Source: a bacterium
GTDB lineage: Bacteria > Bacillota > Clostridia > Lachnospirales > Lachnospiraceae
Length of the DNA: 64,000 nt
Assembly: GCA_037301995.1 (NCBI GenBank)
Contig: JAXVOW010000302.1
Span: 8-64,007 of the forward strand
Direction of reading: 5' to 3'
The notes beneath the pieces were generated by a model. The model worked only from the letters and a program-made list of their open reading frames with translations, did no database searches and had not been told where the DNA came from. The stretch's first letter is position 1. Every line of letters starts with the position of its first letter. Positions 19,481 to 29,353 of the stretch are shown here, one piece after another. The position numbers and the translations under genes are program-made.

Positions 19481-20284
19481 TTAAAATTTTATTGTCAGAA
19501 CTACCATCACAGCCAGATAAATCGTCACAAAAAAATAGGCAATGAAATCCTGTCTGCGGTACTGCAATGGTTTCATTTTGGTTCTTCCCTCTCCTCCATG
19601 ATAACATCTGGCATCCATGGCCAGCGCCAGTTCATTGCTCCTTCTTACTGCAGATACAAAGAGAGGAAGTATGATTGGCATCAGCTTTCTCAATCTTGCA
19701 AGCAGCTTCCCTTCCTTAAAATCAATTCCTCTCGCCATCTGCGCTTTCATAATCTTGTCAAGCTCCTCTACCAGAATCGGCACAAAACGAAGTGCAATGG
19801 ACATAATCATTGCAAACTCATGTACTGGTACATTCAATTTTTTCATCCAGCCTAACATTTTCTCCAGACCGTCAGTCAATGCATTGGGAGTTGTGGTATA
19901 AGTCATCATACTGGAGCCAATAATCATAAACACCAGTCTCAGCCCCAGATACACAGCAGATATCAGCCCCGCTTCCGTAATCCGGATAAATTTCCACTGG
20001 AATATAACTGTGACACCTTTAACAGTGAACAGATTAACCACAATAGTAAATAAAATAATCATTGCCAGCGCCTTTAGACCCTTTAAAATAAACTTAAGGG
20101 GCACCTGAGACAATCTGATATATACTGCCAACATCAAAAAAGCTGCCAGATAGAGAAAAGGATTTCTGGGGAAAAACAAGGTTATCACATACACCAATGT
20201 AAATATGATTTTGACCCGTGGATCCAGGCGGTGGATAACAGAATCCGTATTATAAAATTGTCCAATTGTCATATCCCTAACCAT
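19481..20284 (-). CDS. ecfT: Energy-coupling factor transporter transmembrane component
   Basis: HRLDPRVKIIFTL...ARGIDF; polytopic; sits immediately downstream of ecfA. Confidence 0.92.
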   Translation of the reverse strand: MVRDMTIGQFYNTDSVIHRLDPRVKIIFTLVYVITLFFPRNPFLYLAAFLMLAVYIRLSQVPLKFILKGLKALAMIILFTIVVNLFTVKGVTVIFQWKFIRITEAGLISAVYLGLRLVFMIIGSSMMTYTTTPNALTDGLEKMLGWMKKLNVPVHEFAMIMSIALRFVPILVEELDKIMKAQMARGIDFKEGKLLARLRKLMPIILPLFVSAVRRSNELALAMDARCYHGGEGRTKMKPLQYRRQDFIAYFFVTIYLAVMVVLTIKF

Positions 20285-20288
20285 AGCT

Positions 20289-22097
20289 TTACCCGACCCT
20301 TAACTTCAGCAGTTCCCCACAGATATCTACCCGTCTGCAGTTCGTTGTATCCACATCAATCCCCACATTTTTTAAATTATGCAGAATTTTCATTCCCACT
20401 GGTGCATTAAGCCCTATCCGCTCCAGTTTTTCCACCTGTTCAAACACCTCCCAGACAGCCCCATCCATACATTTTCTCCCCTGCTCCATAACAACTACCC
20501 GGTCTGCATACTCTGCAACCTCTTCCATGGAGTGGGAAACAATTACAATGGTTATCCCCTTCTCTTCCTGCAGTTCCTTTAACATGGAGAGTAAGTCTGC
20601 GGCTGAGAGCGGGTCCAGACCTGCAGTAGGCTCATCCAGCACAAGATATTCCGGCTGCATCGCCAAAATACCTGCAATTGCCACCCGTCTCTTCTGTCCT
20701 CCCGACAGCTGTAACGGCGATATATCATAAATGGTATCTGGCAGCCCCACCGCATTTATCGCCTCATAGGCCCGTTTTTGCGCCTCTACCTTTGGAATAT
20801 CCATATTTTCCGGGCCAAAACATACATCCTTTTCCACTGTTTCGGCAAACAGCTGGTACTCCGGATACTGGAATACCAGGCCTACCTTCTGCCGTAATTC
20901 CTTAATGGAAAAATCTTTATCTGCAATGTCCTGTCCGTTAAAATATACATTTCCTTCTGTGGGCAGGCAGAGCCCGTTCAAATGCTGCATCAAAGTAGAT
21001 TTGCCGGAACCGGTATGTCCGATGATTGCAACAAATTCGCCCTTTCCTATTTCAAGATTCACATTATCCAAAGCAATATGCTCATTCACAAAGCCTTTAT
21101 CATATACATAGCTGACATGATTTAAGAGAATCCCTTCAGACAAGTTTTTTTTATTGGAATCTCTTTTTACAGCATCCGTTCCCTGATGATTTTCCCCGGC
21201 ATTTTTGGGGTTCTGAACCGGCATTTTCCCAATATTGGCATATTTTCTGCATAACAGGTCGGTTAACTCGTCCTCATCCTGAAGCTTCATGCCCTCTTCT
21301 TCTGAAATAATTTCCTGCCCAGCCAGAAAATTTAAATACTGGTAAAATACCGGAAGGCTCAGTCCGCACTCCTCCAGCATCTGTTTTTTGGCAAAAATCT
21401 GTTCTGGCGTACCTTTATCCACTACCCTGCCATCCTTCATCACAAACACCTTATCTGCCCATAACACTTCATCCATATGGTGGGTAATCAATATAATTGT
21501 AATTCCCTTTTCTTCCTGTAGTGCCCTTGCCACAGCAAGCATCTGTCTCCTTCCAGCAGGGTCTAACATGGCAGTTGCCTCATCAAAGATAATGCATTTT
21601 GGCTCCATCGCAAGCACTCCAGCAATCGCCACCCGCTGCTTCTGCCCGCCGGACAGATGATTGGGAGACTGATTCCGATATTTTTCCATCCCGGTATCTA
21701 AAAGGGCTTGTCCCACCCGGTTCCAGATATCACTGGTCGGCACGCCAAGGTTTTCCGGTCCAAAAGCTACATCCTCCTCCACCAGATTCGCCACAATCTG
21801 GTTATCCGGATTCTGGAACACCATACCTGCCGTCTGGCGGATTTGTAAACGCACTTCCTCATCCTCTGTGTCCATGCCATCCACAATTACCTGACCCTCT
21901 CCCGGCAGCAGCAACGCATTCAAATGCTTTGCCAGGGTTGACTTGCCGGAACCATTGCGGCCTAAAACGGCTATAAATTCCCCCTGTTCCACATCAAGGG
22001 AAACACCATCCAATGCCTGTATGAGTTCCGCCACATTTCCCTCATCATCTCTTCTGAAATATTCAAATGTGAGATTTTTGATATCAATTAGTTTCAT
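20289..22097 (-). CDS. ecfA: Fused EcfA1-EcfA2 ATPase (two ABC domains in one 602-aa ORF)
   Basis: Two Walker A motifs (GRNGSGKSTL, GHTGSGKSTL), two signature motifs (LSGGQKQRVAIA, LSGGQKRRVAIA) and two Walker B motifs (IIFDEATAMLD, LVLDEPTAGLD), joined by a ~30-aa polar linker. Confidence 0.9.
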   Translation of the reverse strand: MKLIDIKNLTFEYFRRDDEGNVAELIQALDGVSLDVEQGEFIAVLGRNGSGKSTLAKHLNALLLPGEGQVIVDGMDTEDEEVRLQIRQTAGMVFQNPDNQIVANLVEEDVAFGPENLGVPTSDIWNRVGQALLDTGMEKYRNQSPNHLSGGQKQRVAIAGVLAMEPKCIIFDEATAMLDPAGRRQMLAVARALQEEKGITIILITHHMDEVLWADKVFVMKDGRVVDKGTPEQIFAKKQMLEECGLSLPVFYQYLNFLAGQEIISEEEGMKLQDEDELTDLLCRKYANIGKMPVQNPKNAGENHQGTDAVKRDSNKKNLSEGILLNHVSYVYDKGFVNEHIALDNVNLEIGKGEFVAIIGHTGSGKSTLMQHLNGLCLPTEGNVYFNGQDIADKDFSIKELRQKVGLVFQYPEYQLFAETVEKDVCFGPENMDIPKVEAQKRAYEAINAVGLPDTIYDISPLQLSGGQKRRVAIAGILAMQPEYLVLDEPTAGLDPLSAADLLSMLKELQEEKGITIVIVSHSMEEVAEYADRVVVMEQGRKCMDGAVWEVFEQVEKLERIGLNAPVGMKILHNLKNVGIDVDTTNCRRVDICGELLKLRVG

Positions 22098-22201
22098 CTA
22101 TGTTATCCTTCTACTGTAATTCGCTACTTTATACAATTTCATTGCCTGTCCTTCCAAGATATCCGATAACTATTATGTACGAAAGAACTCACACAACACA
22201 A

Positions 22202-22233
22202 CCCAGGAAAAGGAATATCCTCCTTTTCCTGGG
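22202..22233 (-). terminator. Terminator after the aminotransferase gene
   Basis: 13-bp stem cccaggaaaagga/tccttttcctggg, followed on the minus strand by ttgtgttgtgtg. Confidence 0.5.
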
Positions 22234-22254
22234 CTCATCCAGCAATTTCTCTAT

Positions 22255-23538
22255 TTACTCCCCTAATAATTTCTCCACAGAAGCAAGCTTCACACAAAGA
22301 GTAAAAATCTTTGTAGCATCTACCATCTCTTCCGGTGTTGGGAAAGTAGGTGCAATACGGATATTAGAATCCTCCGGGTCATTTCCATAAGGATAGGTTG
22401 CACCTGCACCGGTAAGAACCACGCCAAGTTCCTTACACTTTGCAACAATGGATTTTGCACATCCCGGCATGGAATCAAACGAGATAAAGTATCCTCCTCT
22501 CGGCTTAATCCAGCTTCCGATTTCCAGTCCCGTAAGCTCGGAATCTAAAGTGTTAAGCACAGCCTCAAACTTTGGACGAATAAGCTCTGCGTGTTTCTTC
22601 ATATGAGCCTTTAAGCCATCTATATCCTTAAAGAACCTTGCATGACGTAATTGGTTGATTTTGTCATGTCCAATAATCTGTGTTGTCATAAACTGCTTAA
22701 TATACTCAATATTTTCAAGAGAGGTAGCAATTGCAGATACACCGGAACCAGAAAAGGTTACCTTCGAGGTTGAACCGAATATATAAACCATGTTCGGATT
22801 CCCCGCCTTTTCACACTCATCCAGAATGTTTAATATTTCATCCTGAATATCATCATATATATGATGAACACAATATGCATTATCCCAGAAAATACGGAAG
22901 TCCTCCGCAGCAGGCTTCAGGTTTGCAAACCGCCTTACCACTTCATCTGAATAGGATATACCTGTCGGATTGGAATACTTTGGCACACACCAGATTCCTT
23001 TTACAGCAGCATCATTATTCACATACTCCTCTACCATATCCATATCCGGTCCATCTTCCTTCAACGGAATATTAATCATCTCAATTCCAAACAATTCCGT
23101 AATCTTAAAATGTCTGTCGTATCCCGGAACCGGACATAAAAATTTAACCTTATCCAGCTTACACCACGGTGTAGAACCATTCACACCCATAAGCATGGAA
23201 CGGCACACTGTATCATACATGATATTCAAGCTGGAATTACCACATACGATTACATTGTCTTTTTTTACCTCCAGCATATCAGCCATCAGCCGTCTGCATT
23301 CACCAATGCCATCCCAGTCCCCATAATTTCTGGTATCATTTCCCAGCTCAGTCCGCATATCTGACCCACTGTTAATCACATCCAGCATCGGCATAGATAT
23401 TGCCAATTGGGAGACACCGGGTTTCCCTCTCGCCATATTAAGGGAAAGCCCCTTTGCCTCTGCTGTCTTAAATTCTTCCTCTAAGCCTGCCTTTAATGTT
23501 AAAAGCTCTTCACGGCTCATATCCTTGTATGCTTTCAT
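22255..23538 (-). CDS. PLP-dependent aminotransferase (class I/II fold, aspartate-aminotransferase-like family)
   Basis: ORF 22255..23601. The start was moved to MKAYKDMSREEL (ATG at 23538, RBS aaggagag). FGSTSKVTFSGSG is the putative PLP-lysine region. Confidence 0.75.
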   Translation of the reverse strand: MKAYKDMSREELLTLKAGLEEEFKTAEAKGLSLNMARGKPGVSQLAISMPMLDVINSGSDMRTELGNDTRNYGDWDGIGECRRLMADMLEVKKDNVIVCGNSSLNIMYDTVCRSMLMGVNGSTPWCKLDKVKFLCPVPGYDRHFKITELFGIEMINIPLKEDGPDMDMVEEYVNNDAAVKGIWCVPKYSNPTGISYSDEVVRRFANLKPAAEDFRIFWDNAYCVHHIYDDIQDEILNILDECEKAGNPNMVYIFGSTSKVTFSGSGVSAIATSLENIEYIKQFMTTQIIGHDKINQLRHARFFKDIDGLKAHMKKHAELIRPKFEAVLNTLDSELTGLEIGSWIKPRGGYFISFDSMPGCAKSIVAKCKELGVVLTGAGATYPYGNDPEDSNIRIAPTFPTPEEMVDATKIFTLCVKLASVEKLLGE

Positions 23539-23630
23539 AATATAATCTCTCCTTATATTTATATATAAAAATCTATCCAACTTATTTATTTTATCACACA
23601 TTTTCCATTGTTTCTACCCCGTAATGCAAC

Positions 23631-23659
23631 AATAGGGGACTGCGAAACAGTCCCCTATT
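23631..23659 (-). terminator. Stem-loop terminator after rplQ
   Basis: 12-bp stem aataggggactg/cagtcccctatt with loop cgaaa. The U-tract is weak. Confidence 0.5.
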
Positions 23660-23679
23660 AGATAATCCTACATTATACC

Positions 23680-24216
23680 TTATACTAACTCGATGATAAC
23701 TTCCATAGCTGCATCACCCTTACGTGGTCCAATCTTAATGATTCTTGTGTAACCACCGTTACGACCTGCATACTTAGGACCATACTCATTGAATAACTTC
23801 TCCGTTAAATCAACCTTCTTGGTTCCTCTCTTTTTGCCTGCAGCTTCAGCCGGAACTTCAACAACCGGATAAAGAACCTTTAACATCTGTCTTCTTGCAT
23901 GCAACTTAGATGGCTGATCCTTCTTTACAGTCTTTTCAACCTCATCATAAACAGTAACCTTCTTACCGTCTACAACCTCTTTAATTCTCTTGCCATCTTT
24001 GTCCTTCTTAGCAACCTTGGCAGTTACAGTAACCTCATCAAAGTTATCCTTTTCCTTAACTGCCATTGTGATTAAGCTCTCAGCAATCTTGCGGATTTCC
24101 TTTGCTCTTGCCTCTGTTGTCTTAATCTTACCGTTGTATAATAACTGTGTAACCTGATTACGAAGTAATGCTTTTCTTGCCGCCTGTTTCTTTCCAAGCT
24201 TTCTATACATTGCCAT
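23680..24216 (-). CDS. rplQ: 50S ribosomal protein L17 (extended, 178 aa)
   Basis: [20 protein letters not shown]...[11 protein letters not shown]...LHARRQ...[25 protein letters not shown]. Confidence 0.95.
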   Translation of the reverse strand: MAMYRKLGKKQAARKALLRNQVTQLLYNGKIKTTEARAKEIRKIAESLITMAVKEKDNFDEVTVTAKVAKKDKDGKRIKEVVDGKKVTVYDEVEKTVKKDQPSKLHARRQMLKVLYPVVEVPAEAAGKKRGTKKVDLTEKLFNEYGPKYAGRNGGYTRIIKIGPRKGDAAMEVIIELV

Positions 24217-24270
24217 GATGTATTTCCTCCTTCACTTTGCTTACTATTATTCGGCTTAAGTGTTTCCTTT

Positions 24271-25227
24271 TTACTCTTCTCCAGTGTTCAGAGATAAATT
24301 AAGCTCCTTTAATTTGTTCAGGACTTCCTCTAATGACTTCCGTCCCAAATTACGAACCTTCATCATATCCTCTGGAGTCTTATTTGTTAACTCTTCTACC
24401 GTATTAATACCTGCTCTCTTTAAGCAGTTAAAGGAACGAACAGATAACTCTAATTCATCAATGTTCATTTCCAATACTTTTTCTTTCTCATTATCTTCTT
24501 TCTCTACCATTACTTCTGCCGATTTCGCATTTTCTGATAAATCAATAAATAAATTGAGATGTTCACTTAATACCTTTGCTGCTAAGCTTACTGCCTCATC
24601 TGGCGCCAATGTACCATTGGTATACACATCTAAGGTAAGCTTATCATAATCGGTAATCTGACCAACACGCGTATTCTCAACTGTAAGATTGACGCGCTCT
24701 ACTGGTGTATAAATAGAATCTACTGCAATCACGTCAATTGAAGTATCTTCCTTCTTATTCTTATCAGAACCAACATACCCTCTACCCTTGGTAATGGTAA
24801 GTTCCATGTCAAATCTCGCCTCTGAACCACTTAAAGTAGCAATCACTAAGTCTGGATTCAAAATTTCGATATCGCTATCAACATGAATATCTGCTGCGGT
24901 AACTACACCTTCGCCAACATACTCAATATAAGCCTGCTTTGGCTCATTTGAACTGCTGTTATTCTTAATGGCTAATTCTTTGATGTTCATGATAATCTCA
25001 GTCACATCTTCCTTTACACCTGGTATAGAGCTAAACTCATGTAAAACGCCTTTGATTTTTACATAGCTTACGGCTGAACCTGGTAATGATGATAACATAA
25101 TTCTTCTCAAAGAATTACCAAGTGTTGTACCATAGCCTCTCTCTAAAGGTTCTACTACAAATTTACCGTATCTGTTGTCTTCTGAAATCTCTGCGATTTC
25201 AATTCTTGGTTTTTCGAATTCAAACAC
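24271..25227 (-). CDS. rpoA: DNA-directed RNA polymerase alpha subunit (GTG start)
   Basis: [11 protein letters not shown]...[23 protein letters not shown]...[15 protein letters not shown]. Confidence 0.97.
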   Translation of the reverse strand: MFEFEKPRIEIAEISEDNRYGKFVVEPLERGYGTTLGNSLRRIMLSSLPGSAVSYVKIKGVLHEFSSIPGVKEDVTEIIMNIKELAIKNNSSSNEPKQAYIEYVGEGVVTAADIHVDSDIEILNPDLVIATLSGSEARFDMELTITKGRGYVGSDKNKKEDTSIDVIAVDSIYTPVERVNLTVENTRVGQITDYDKLTLDVYTNGTLAPDEAVSLAAKVLSEHLNLFIDLSENAKSAEVMVEKEDNEKEKVLEMNIDELELSVRSFNCLKRAGINTVEELTNKTPEDMMKVRNLGRKSLEEVLNKLKELNLSLNTGEE

Positions 25228-25282
25228 GCTAGGAACCTCCTTAAATATTTATAACTATCACAGTGCAAGCTCGCTTTCACTA

Positions 25283-25375
25283 CGTTTCAGCCCGCTCGGG
25301 CGAAACGCCCTATACATAATAGTCAAGAACAGCCTGCACGCAGGTAAACCTGCGCAGTCCGTTCTGACTATTATG
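25283..25375 (-). ncRNA. Two strong stem-loops in the rpsD-rpoA spacer
   Basis: First stem-loop 25283-25307: cgtttc(a)gcccg-ct-cgggc-gaaacg. Second 25315-25375: arms cataatagtcaagaac/gttctgactattatg enclosing ctgcacgcagg..cctgcgcag. Confidence 0.5.
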
Positions 25376-25400
25376 TGCACTGCTAAATCGTTATCGAACA

Positions 25401-25994
25401 TTACTTAGAATATAACTCGACAATAAGTGTTTCATTTACAGGAACATCAATCTGCTCTCTTAATGGTAACTCTGTAACGGTACCACAAAGATTTTCCTGG
25501 TCAGCTTCCAGCCATGCCGGAACCAGTCTTCCACCAGTCACTTCTAAAATGTCCTTATATCTCTGAAGAGACTTGCTCTTCTCTCTGATTTCAATCTTAT
25601 CTCCAGCTTTTACTCTGTAGGATGGAATGTTAACACACTTACCGTTAACTAATACATGCTTGTGGTCAACAATCTGTCTTGCTTCCTTACGTGTTCTGGC
25701 CAAACCTAACCGGAATACAACATTGTCCAATCTGCACTCTAAAAGAATCATTAAGTTTGGACCTGTCAAACCTTTCATTCTCTCTGCTGTTGCATAGAGA
25801 TTACGGAAAGGCTTCTCCAATACGCCATAGATGAATTTTGCTTTCTGCTTCTCACGAAGCTGTAAGCCGTACTCACTCATCTTTCTATTTGCTCTGACTA
25901 ATTTTCTATTTGATTTTTTATCAATTCCGAGATACATTGGCTCCATGCCTAAAGATCTGCATCTCTTAAGAACTGGGGTTCTATCTACTGCCAT
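25401..25994 (-). CDS. rpsD: 30S ribosomal protein S4
   Basis: [16 protein letters not shown]...[20 protein letters not shown]. Confidence 0.97.
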   Translation of the reverse strand: MAVDRTPVLKRCRSLGMEPMYLGIDKKSNRKLVRANRKMSEYGLQLREKQKAKFIYGVLEKPFRNLYATAERMKGLTGPNLMILLECRLDNVVFRLGLARTRKEARQIVDHKHVLVNGKCVNIPSYRVKAGDKIEIREKSKSLQRYKDILEVTGGRLVPAWLEADQENLCGTVTELPLREQIDVPVNETLIVELYSK

Positions 25995-26010
25995 CTAACT
26001 GTACCTCCTA

Positions 26011-26403
26011 TTACACTCTTCTACGTTTTGGTGGACGGCAACCATTGTGTGGAACTGGTGTCACGTCACGAATACTAAGTACCTCAAGACCTGCTGCCTG
26101 AAGCGCACGAATTGCAGCTTCACGACCAGAACCTGGTCCCTTAACCATAACGTCAACCTTCTTTAAACCGTGAATAAGAGCTGCCTTCGTTGCAGTCTCT
26201 GCTGCCATCTGTGCTGCATAAGGAGTAGACTTTTTAGAGCCTTTAAATCCTAATTCGCCAGCACTTGCCCATGAAAGTGCATTACCTTCATTATCGGTTA
26301 ATGTAACAATTGTATTATTAAAAGATGACTGAATATGTGCCTGTCCGTGTTCTACATTCTTCTTAACACGCTTCTTCGTCACTTTTTTTGTAACTTTAGC
26401 CAT
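26011..26403 (-). CDS. rpsK: 30S ribosomal protein S11
   Basis: [39 protein letters not shown]. Confidence 0.97.
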   Translation of the reverse strand: MAKVTKKVTKKRVKKNVEHGQAHIQSSFNNTIVTLTDNEGNALSWASAGELGFKGSKKSTPYAAQMAAETATKAALIHGLKKVDVMVKGPGSGREAAIRALQAAGLEVLSIRDVTPVPHNGCRPPKRRRV

Positions 26404-26436
26404 TAAACTTAACCTCCTGTTAAATATAAACGAATC

Positions 26437-26805
26437 TTATTTCTTCTTATTTGCAACGGTTCTCTTTGGACCCTTACGAGTTCTTGCATTTGTCTTGGTC
26501 TTCTGACCACGAACTGGCAAGCCCTTTCTATGACGGATTCCCCGATAACATCCAATTTCCTGTAAACGCTTGATATTCATAGCGATTTCTCTACGTAAAT
26601 CACCCTCTACTATCTGTGTCTCGTTGATAATCTCACTGATTCTCTTAACCTCTTCATCAGTCAAATCACGAACACGGGTATCAGGATTAACATTTGCTTC
26701 TTTTAAAATACGCTGAGATGATGGAAGTCCAATACCATAAATATAGGTAAGACCGATCTCAACACGCTTCTCTCTTGGTAAATCTACACCTGAAATACGA
26801 GCCAT
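26437..26805 (-). CDS. rpsM: 30S ribosomal protein S13
   Basis: [26 protein letters not shown]. Confidence 0.97.
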   Translation of the reverse strand: MARISGVDLPREKRVEIGLTYIYGIGLPSSQRILKEANVNPDTRVRDLTDEEVKRISEIINETQIVEGDLRREIAMNIKRLQEIGCYRGIRHRKGLPVRGQKTKTNARTRKGPKRTVANKKK

Positions 26806-27082
26806 TGTGACTGTGCACCTCCATAATTAATACTTTTTCTTGAATGTCTGGATTCCCTAACCATCAACGTATCCGTATGTATCACATACGGGTGAAATGC
26901 ATACGCCTTTGTTTCAAATCCATTCTATTGATATGTTGCATAGGCTAATGACAACCCATGCTACAGCCGCTTTCTAAAATCATCTTCTATATCAATAATG
27001 ATAATATAGAAGGAACTTCACACTGGGAATACAGTGCTACTTTGGTTAACAAACTTCGAGGGTCTTTAAGATGGGCTATCAT

Positions 27083-27196
27083 CTAACCTTGTCTCTGTTT
27101 GTGTTTAGGGTTCTCACAGATAACTCTGATACTACCTTTTCTTTTAATGACTTTGCACTTATCGCAAATTGGTTTTACGGATGCTCTAACCTTCAT
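27083..27196 (-). CDS. rpmJ: 50S ribosomal protein L36 (37 aa, below the ORF-track size cutoff)
   Basis: Manual translation gives [37 protein letters not shown] with a TAG stop. RBS aaaggagagag lies upstream. Confidence 0.93.
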   Translation of the reverse strand: MKVRASVKPICDKCKVIKRKGSIRVICENPKHKQRQG

Positions 27197-27299
27197 TAAA
27201 ATCTCTCTCCTTTCAAAACGGTGTCATCAGACGCGAATACACCTGCCGTGTATTCCCTGCCCGCCGACCTTTTCTGTAAAAAGTCCGCTACGAATATCT

Positions 27300-27328
27300 A
27301 TTCTATCATCTTAATTTGTTCAATGCAA
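27300..27328 (-). promoter_or_regulatory. Internal sigma-A promoter for rpmJ-rpsM-rpsK-rpsD-rpoA-rplQ
   Basis: On the minus strand, TTGCAT (27328-27323), a 17-nt spacer, then TAGAAT (27305-27300) with a TGn extended -10. An A-rich UP-like tract lies upstream. The leader hairpin gaatacac/gtgtattc is at 27235-27255. Confidence 0.5.
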
Positions 27329-27388
27329 GCAAAATTTTCTTATATTTCCAAGTTTTTTTCTGTTTTTCCAATTTTTTTTAAGAAAATT

Positions 27389-27607
27389 CTACTTTTCTCT
27401 CCATTTAATCCTTCCTTTTGTCAAATCATACGGAGATAATTCCAACGTAACCTTATCACCTGGCAAAATTTTAATATAATTCATTCTCAACTTTCCACTA
27501 ATATGTGCCAATACTTCGTGTCCATTTTCCAGCTCTACCTTAAACATGGCATTCGGCAATTTCTCAATTACAGTTCCCTCAATTTCAATCACATCTGCTT
27601 TAGACAT
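27389..27607 (-). CDS. infA: Translation initiation factor IF-1
   Basis: ORF 27389..27649. The start was moved to [41 protein letters not shown] (ATG at 27607, RBS aggagg). Confidence 0.96.
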   Translation of the reverse strand: MSKADVIEIEGTVIEKLPNAMFKVELENGHEVLAHISGKLRMNYIKILPGDKVTLELSPYDLTKGRIKWREK

Positions 27608-27675
27608 ATATAAATCCTCCTGTTTTAAATTCCATTCGACTCTATGCATCCTGCACTTTTCTGTTCATTTCCATA

Positions 27676-28443
27676 CTATAGTGCAATTCCGGGAGCCTGA
27701 GACAGAATTTCCGGCTCTCCCTCTGTAATCAGTATTGTATTCTCATAATGTGCAGATGGTAAACCATCCTCTGTCACAACAGTCCAGTCATCATCTTCCC
27801 AGTATACATCATATTCACCCAGGTTAATCATTGGTTCCACTGCAATCGTCATACCAGGACGAAGCTTTGCGCCACGTCTCAAGCCTGCAAAGTTTGGAAC
27901 CTCCGGGTCCTCATGCAGCTTAGAGCCAACTCCATGACCTATCAAATCTCTGACCACGGAATACCCATGGGCCTCTGCATGCTTCTGGACGGCTCTTCCA
28001 ATATCTATTACATGATTACCTGCAACAGCCTCTTTAATACCCTCAAAAAAACATTCTCTTGTTATCTTTACCAGTTCTTTTATCTCATCGGATACTGCCG
28101 GCATAATCAAAGTTCTTGCTGCATCAGAATGATATCCCTTATATATTACACCTGCATCCAGGCTGACAATATCATCCTCCTGGATAATGCGGTGTTCATT
28201 TGGAATACCATGCACCACTTCCTCATTGATTGACACACAGATAGATGCCGGGTATCCGTTGTAATTCAGGAAAGACGGGATACATCCATAGCTTCTGATA
28301 ATCTCTTCACCTATCCGGTCTACCTCCAGTGTAGACATTCCTGGCTTTACACGCTTCGCCAATTCATCATGGGTGATGGCGAGAATTCTTCCCGCCTCAC
28401 GCATGAGTTCAATTTCTGCTTTCGATTTAATTGAAACTGCCAT
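27676..28443 (-). CDS. map: Type I methionine aminopeptidase
   Basis: IKSKAEIELMREAGRI..., metal ligands in DAGVIYKGYHSD and GHGVG. Confidence 0.95.
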   Translation of the reverse strand: MAVSIKSKAEIELMREAGRILAITHDELAKRVKPGMSTLEVDRIGEEIIRSYGCIPSFLNYNGYPASICVSINEEVVHGIPNEHRIIQEDDIVSLDAGVIYKGYHSDAARTLIMPAVSDEIKELVKITRECFFEGIKEAVAGNHVIDIGRAVQKHAEAHGYSVVRDLIGHGVGSKLHEDPEVPNFAGLRRGAKLRPGMTIAVEPMINLGEYDVYWEDDDWTVVTEDGLPSAHYENTILITEGEPEILSQAPGIAL

Positions 28444-28445
28444 TT

Positions 28446-29090
28446 TTATTCACCTAAAATTTTAACAATTGCCTCAAAGACATCCTTCATATCAACTGTT
28501 CCATCCACCTCACGGGTAATGCCCTTGTTGGTATAATAATCAATTAAAGGCTGTGTCTGCTCATGATAAACAGCAAGTCTGTTTTTAACAGTCTCCGGCT
28601 TATCATCATCACGAATAATCAAATCTGCTCCACAGGTATCACATTTACCCTCTACCTTGGTTGGGCTGTATACGATATGATATGTTGCTCCACAGCCTAC
28701 ACATGCACGTCTACCACCCATTCTGTTAATAATATTTTCATCCGGTACTTCCACATTGATGGCATAATCGATGCTCTCACCAATTGCAGTTAATGCCTTG
28801 TCAAGCGCCTCTGCCTGAGGAATTGTTCTTGGGAATCCATCTAACACATATCCCTTTTCACAATCAGGCTCTTTAAAACGGTCAATTACTAAATCAACTA
28901 CCAGCTCATCCGGCACTAAAAGACCTTTATCCATATATTCCTTTGCCTTTGCTCCTAATTCTGTACCATTCTTAATGTTGGCACGGAAAATGTCCCCAGT
29001 AGAAATATGCGGAATTCCATACTTTGCGGCAATCATTTTTGCCTGTGTACCTTTTCCTGCTCCAGGCGCACCTAACATAATAATCTTCAT
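28446..29090 (-). CDS. adk: Adenylate kinase (zinc-lid type)
   Basis: [17 protein letters not shown]; lid CVGCGATYH...CDTCG. Confidence 0.97.
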   Translation of the reverse strand: MKIIMLGAPGAGKGTQAKMIAAKYGIPHISTGDIFRANIKNGTELGAKAKEYMDKGLLVPDELVVDLVIDRFKEPDCEKGYVLDGFPRTIPQAEALDKALTAIGESIDYAINVEVPDENIINRMGGRRACVGCGATYHIVYSPTKVEGKCDTCGADLIIRDDDKPETVKNRLAVYHEQTQPLIDYYTNKGITREVDGTVDMKDVFEAIVKILGE

Positions 29091-29353
29091 AACCTATCCT
29101 CCATAAATTTTTCGCTTCATCTCGGTGTTCGTTTCACCTACATCTCTCCGGCTTCCTCTATGAATGAACGCACCTCGATTCCGTTTCACTTCATCTCGGT
29201 GTTCGTTTCACTCACATAGCTTTCTTAGAATGCCTGTAACTGCAAGCAGTTACAGCATTCCTTCGAAAGCTGCGTTCATTCAATGCGACAAACCGCAGGG
29301 ATACAGCGTACTGTTTTCCTACGGTTTTATATAAGTTCATAATAGTAAAAATA
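29091..29353 (-). repeat. Structured 263-nt secY-adk spacer with direct and inverted repeats
   Basis: Identical 23-nt direct repeat cttcatctcggtgttcgtttcac at 29115-29137 and 29189-29211. A 12-nt inverted repeat tgaatgaacgca/tgcgttcattca (29161-29172, 29271-29282) encloses the hairpin at 29228-29260. Confidence 0.7.

Noticed and set aside
19353-19607. An 84-aa minus-strand ORF overlapping the 3' end of ecfT.
   Set aside because: It is out of frame with ecfT, runs through the AT-rich intergenic/terminator region, and has no RBS or recognisable features.
23539-23679. A possible riboswitch or T-box upstream of the aminotransferase gene.
   Set aside because: The 141-nt gap is largely taken up by the rplQ terminator hairpin. 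I recognised no specifier/T-box or known riboswitch core sequences.
24260-24649. A 129-aa plus-strand ORF opposite rpoA, and similar antisense ORFs opposite r-protein genes (for example 33536..33880, 38748..39179, 39755..40138, 30054..30431).
   Set aside because: They lie opposite strongly conserved housekeeping genes, have Ser/Leu/Phe-rich composition and lack an RBS. These are typical shadow ORFs.
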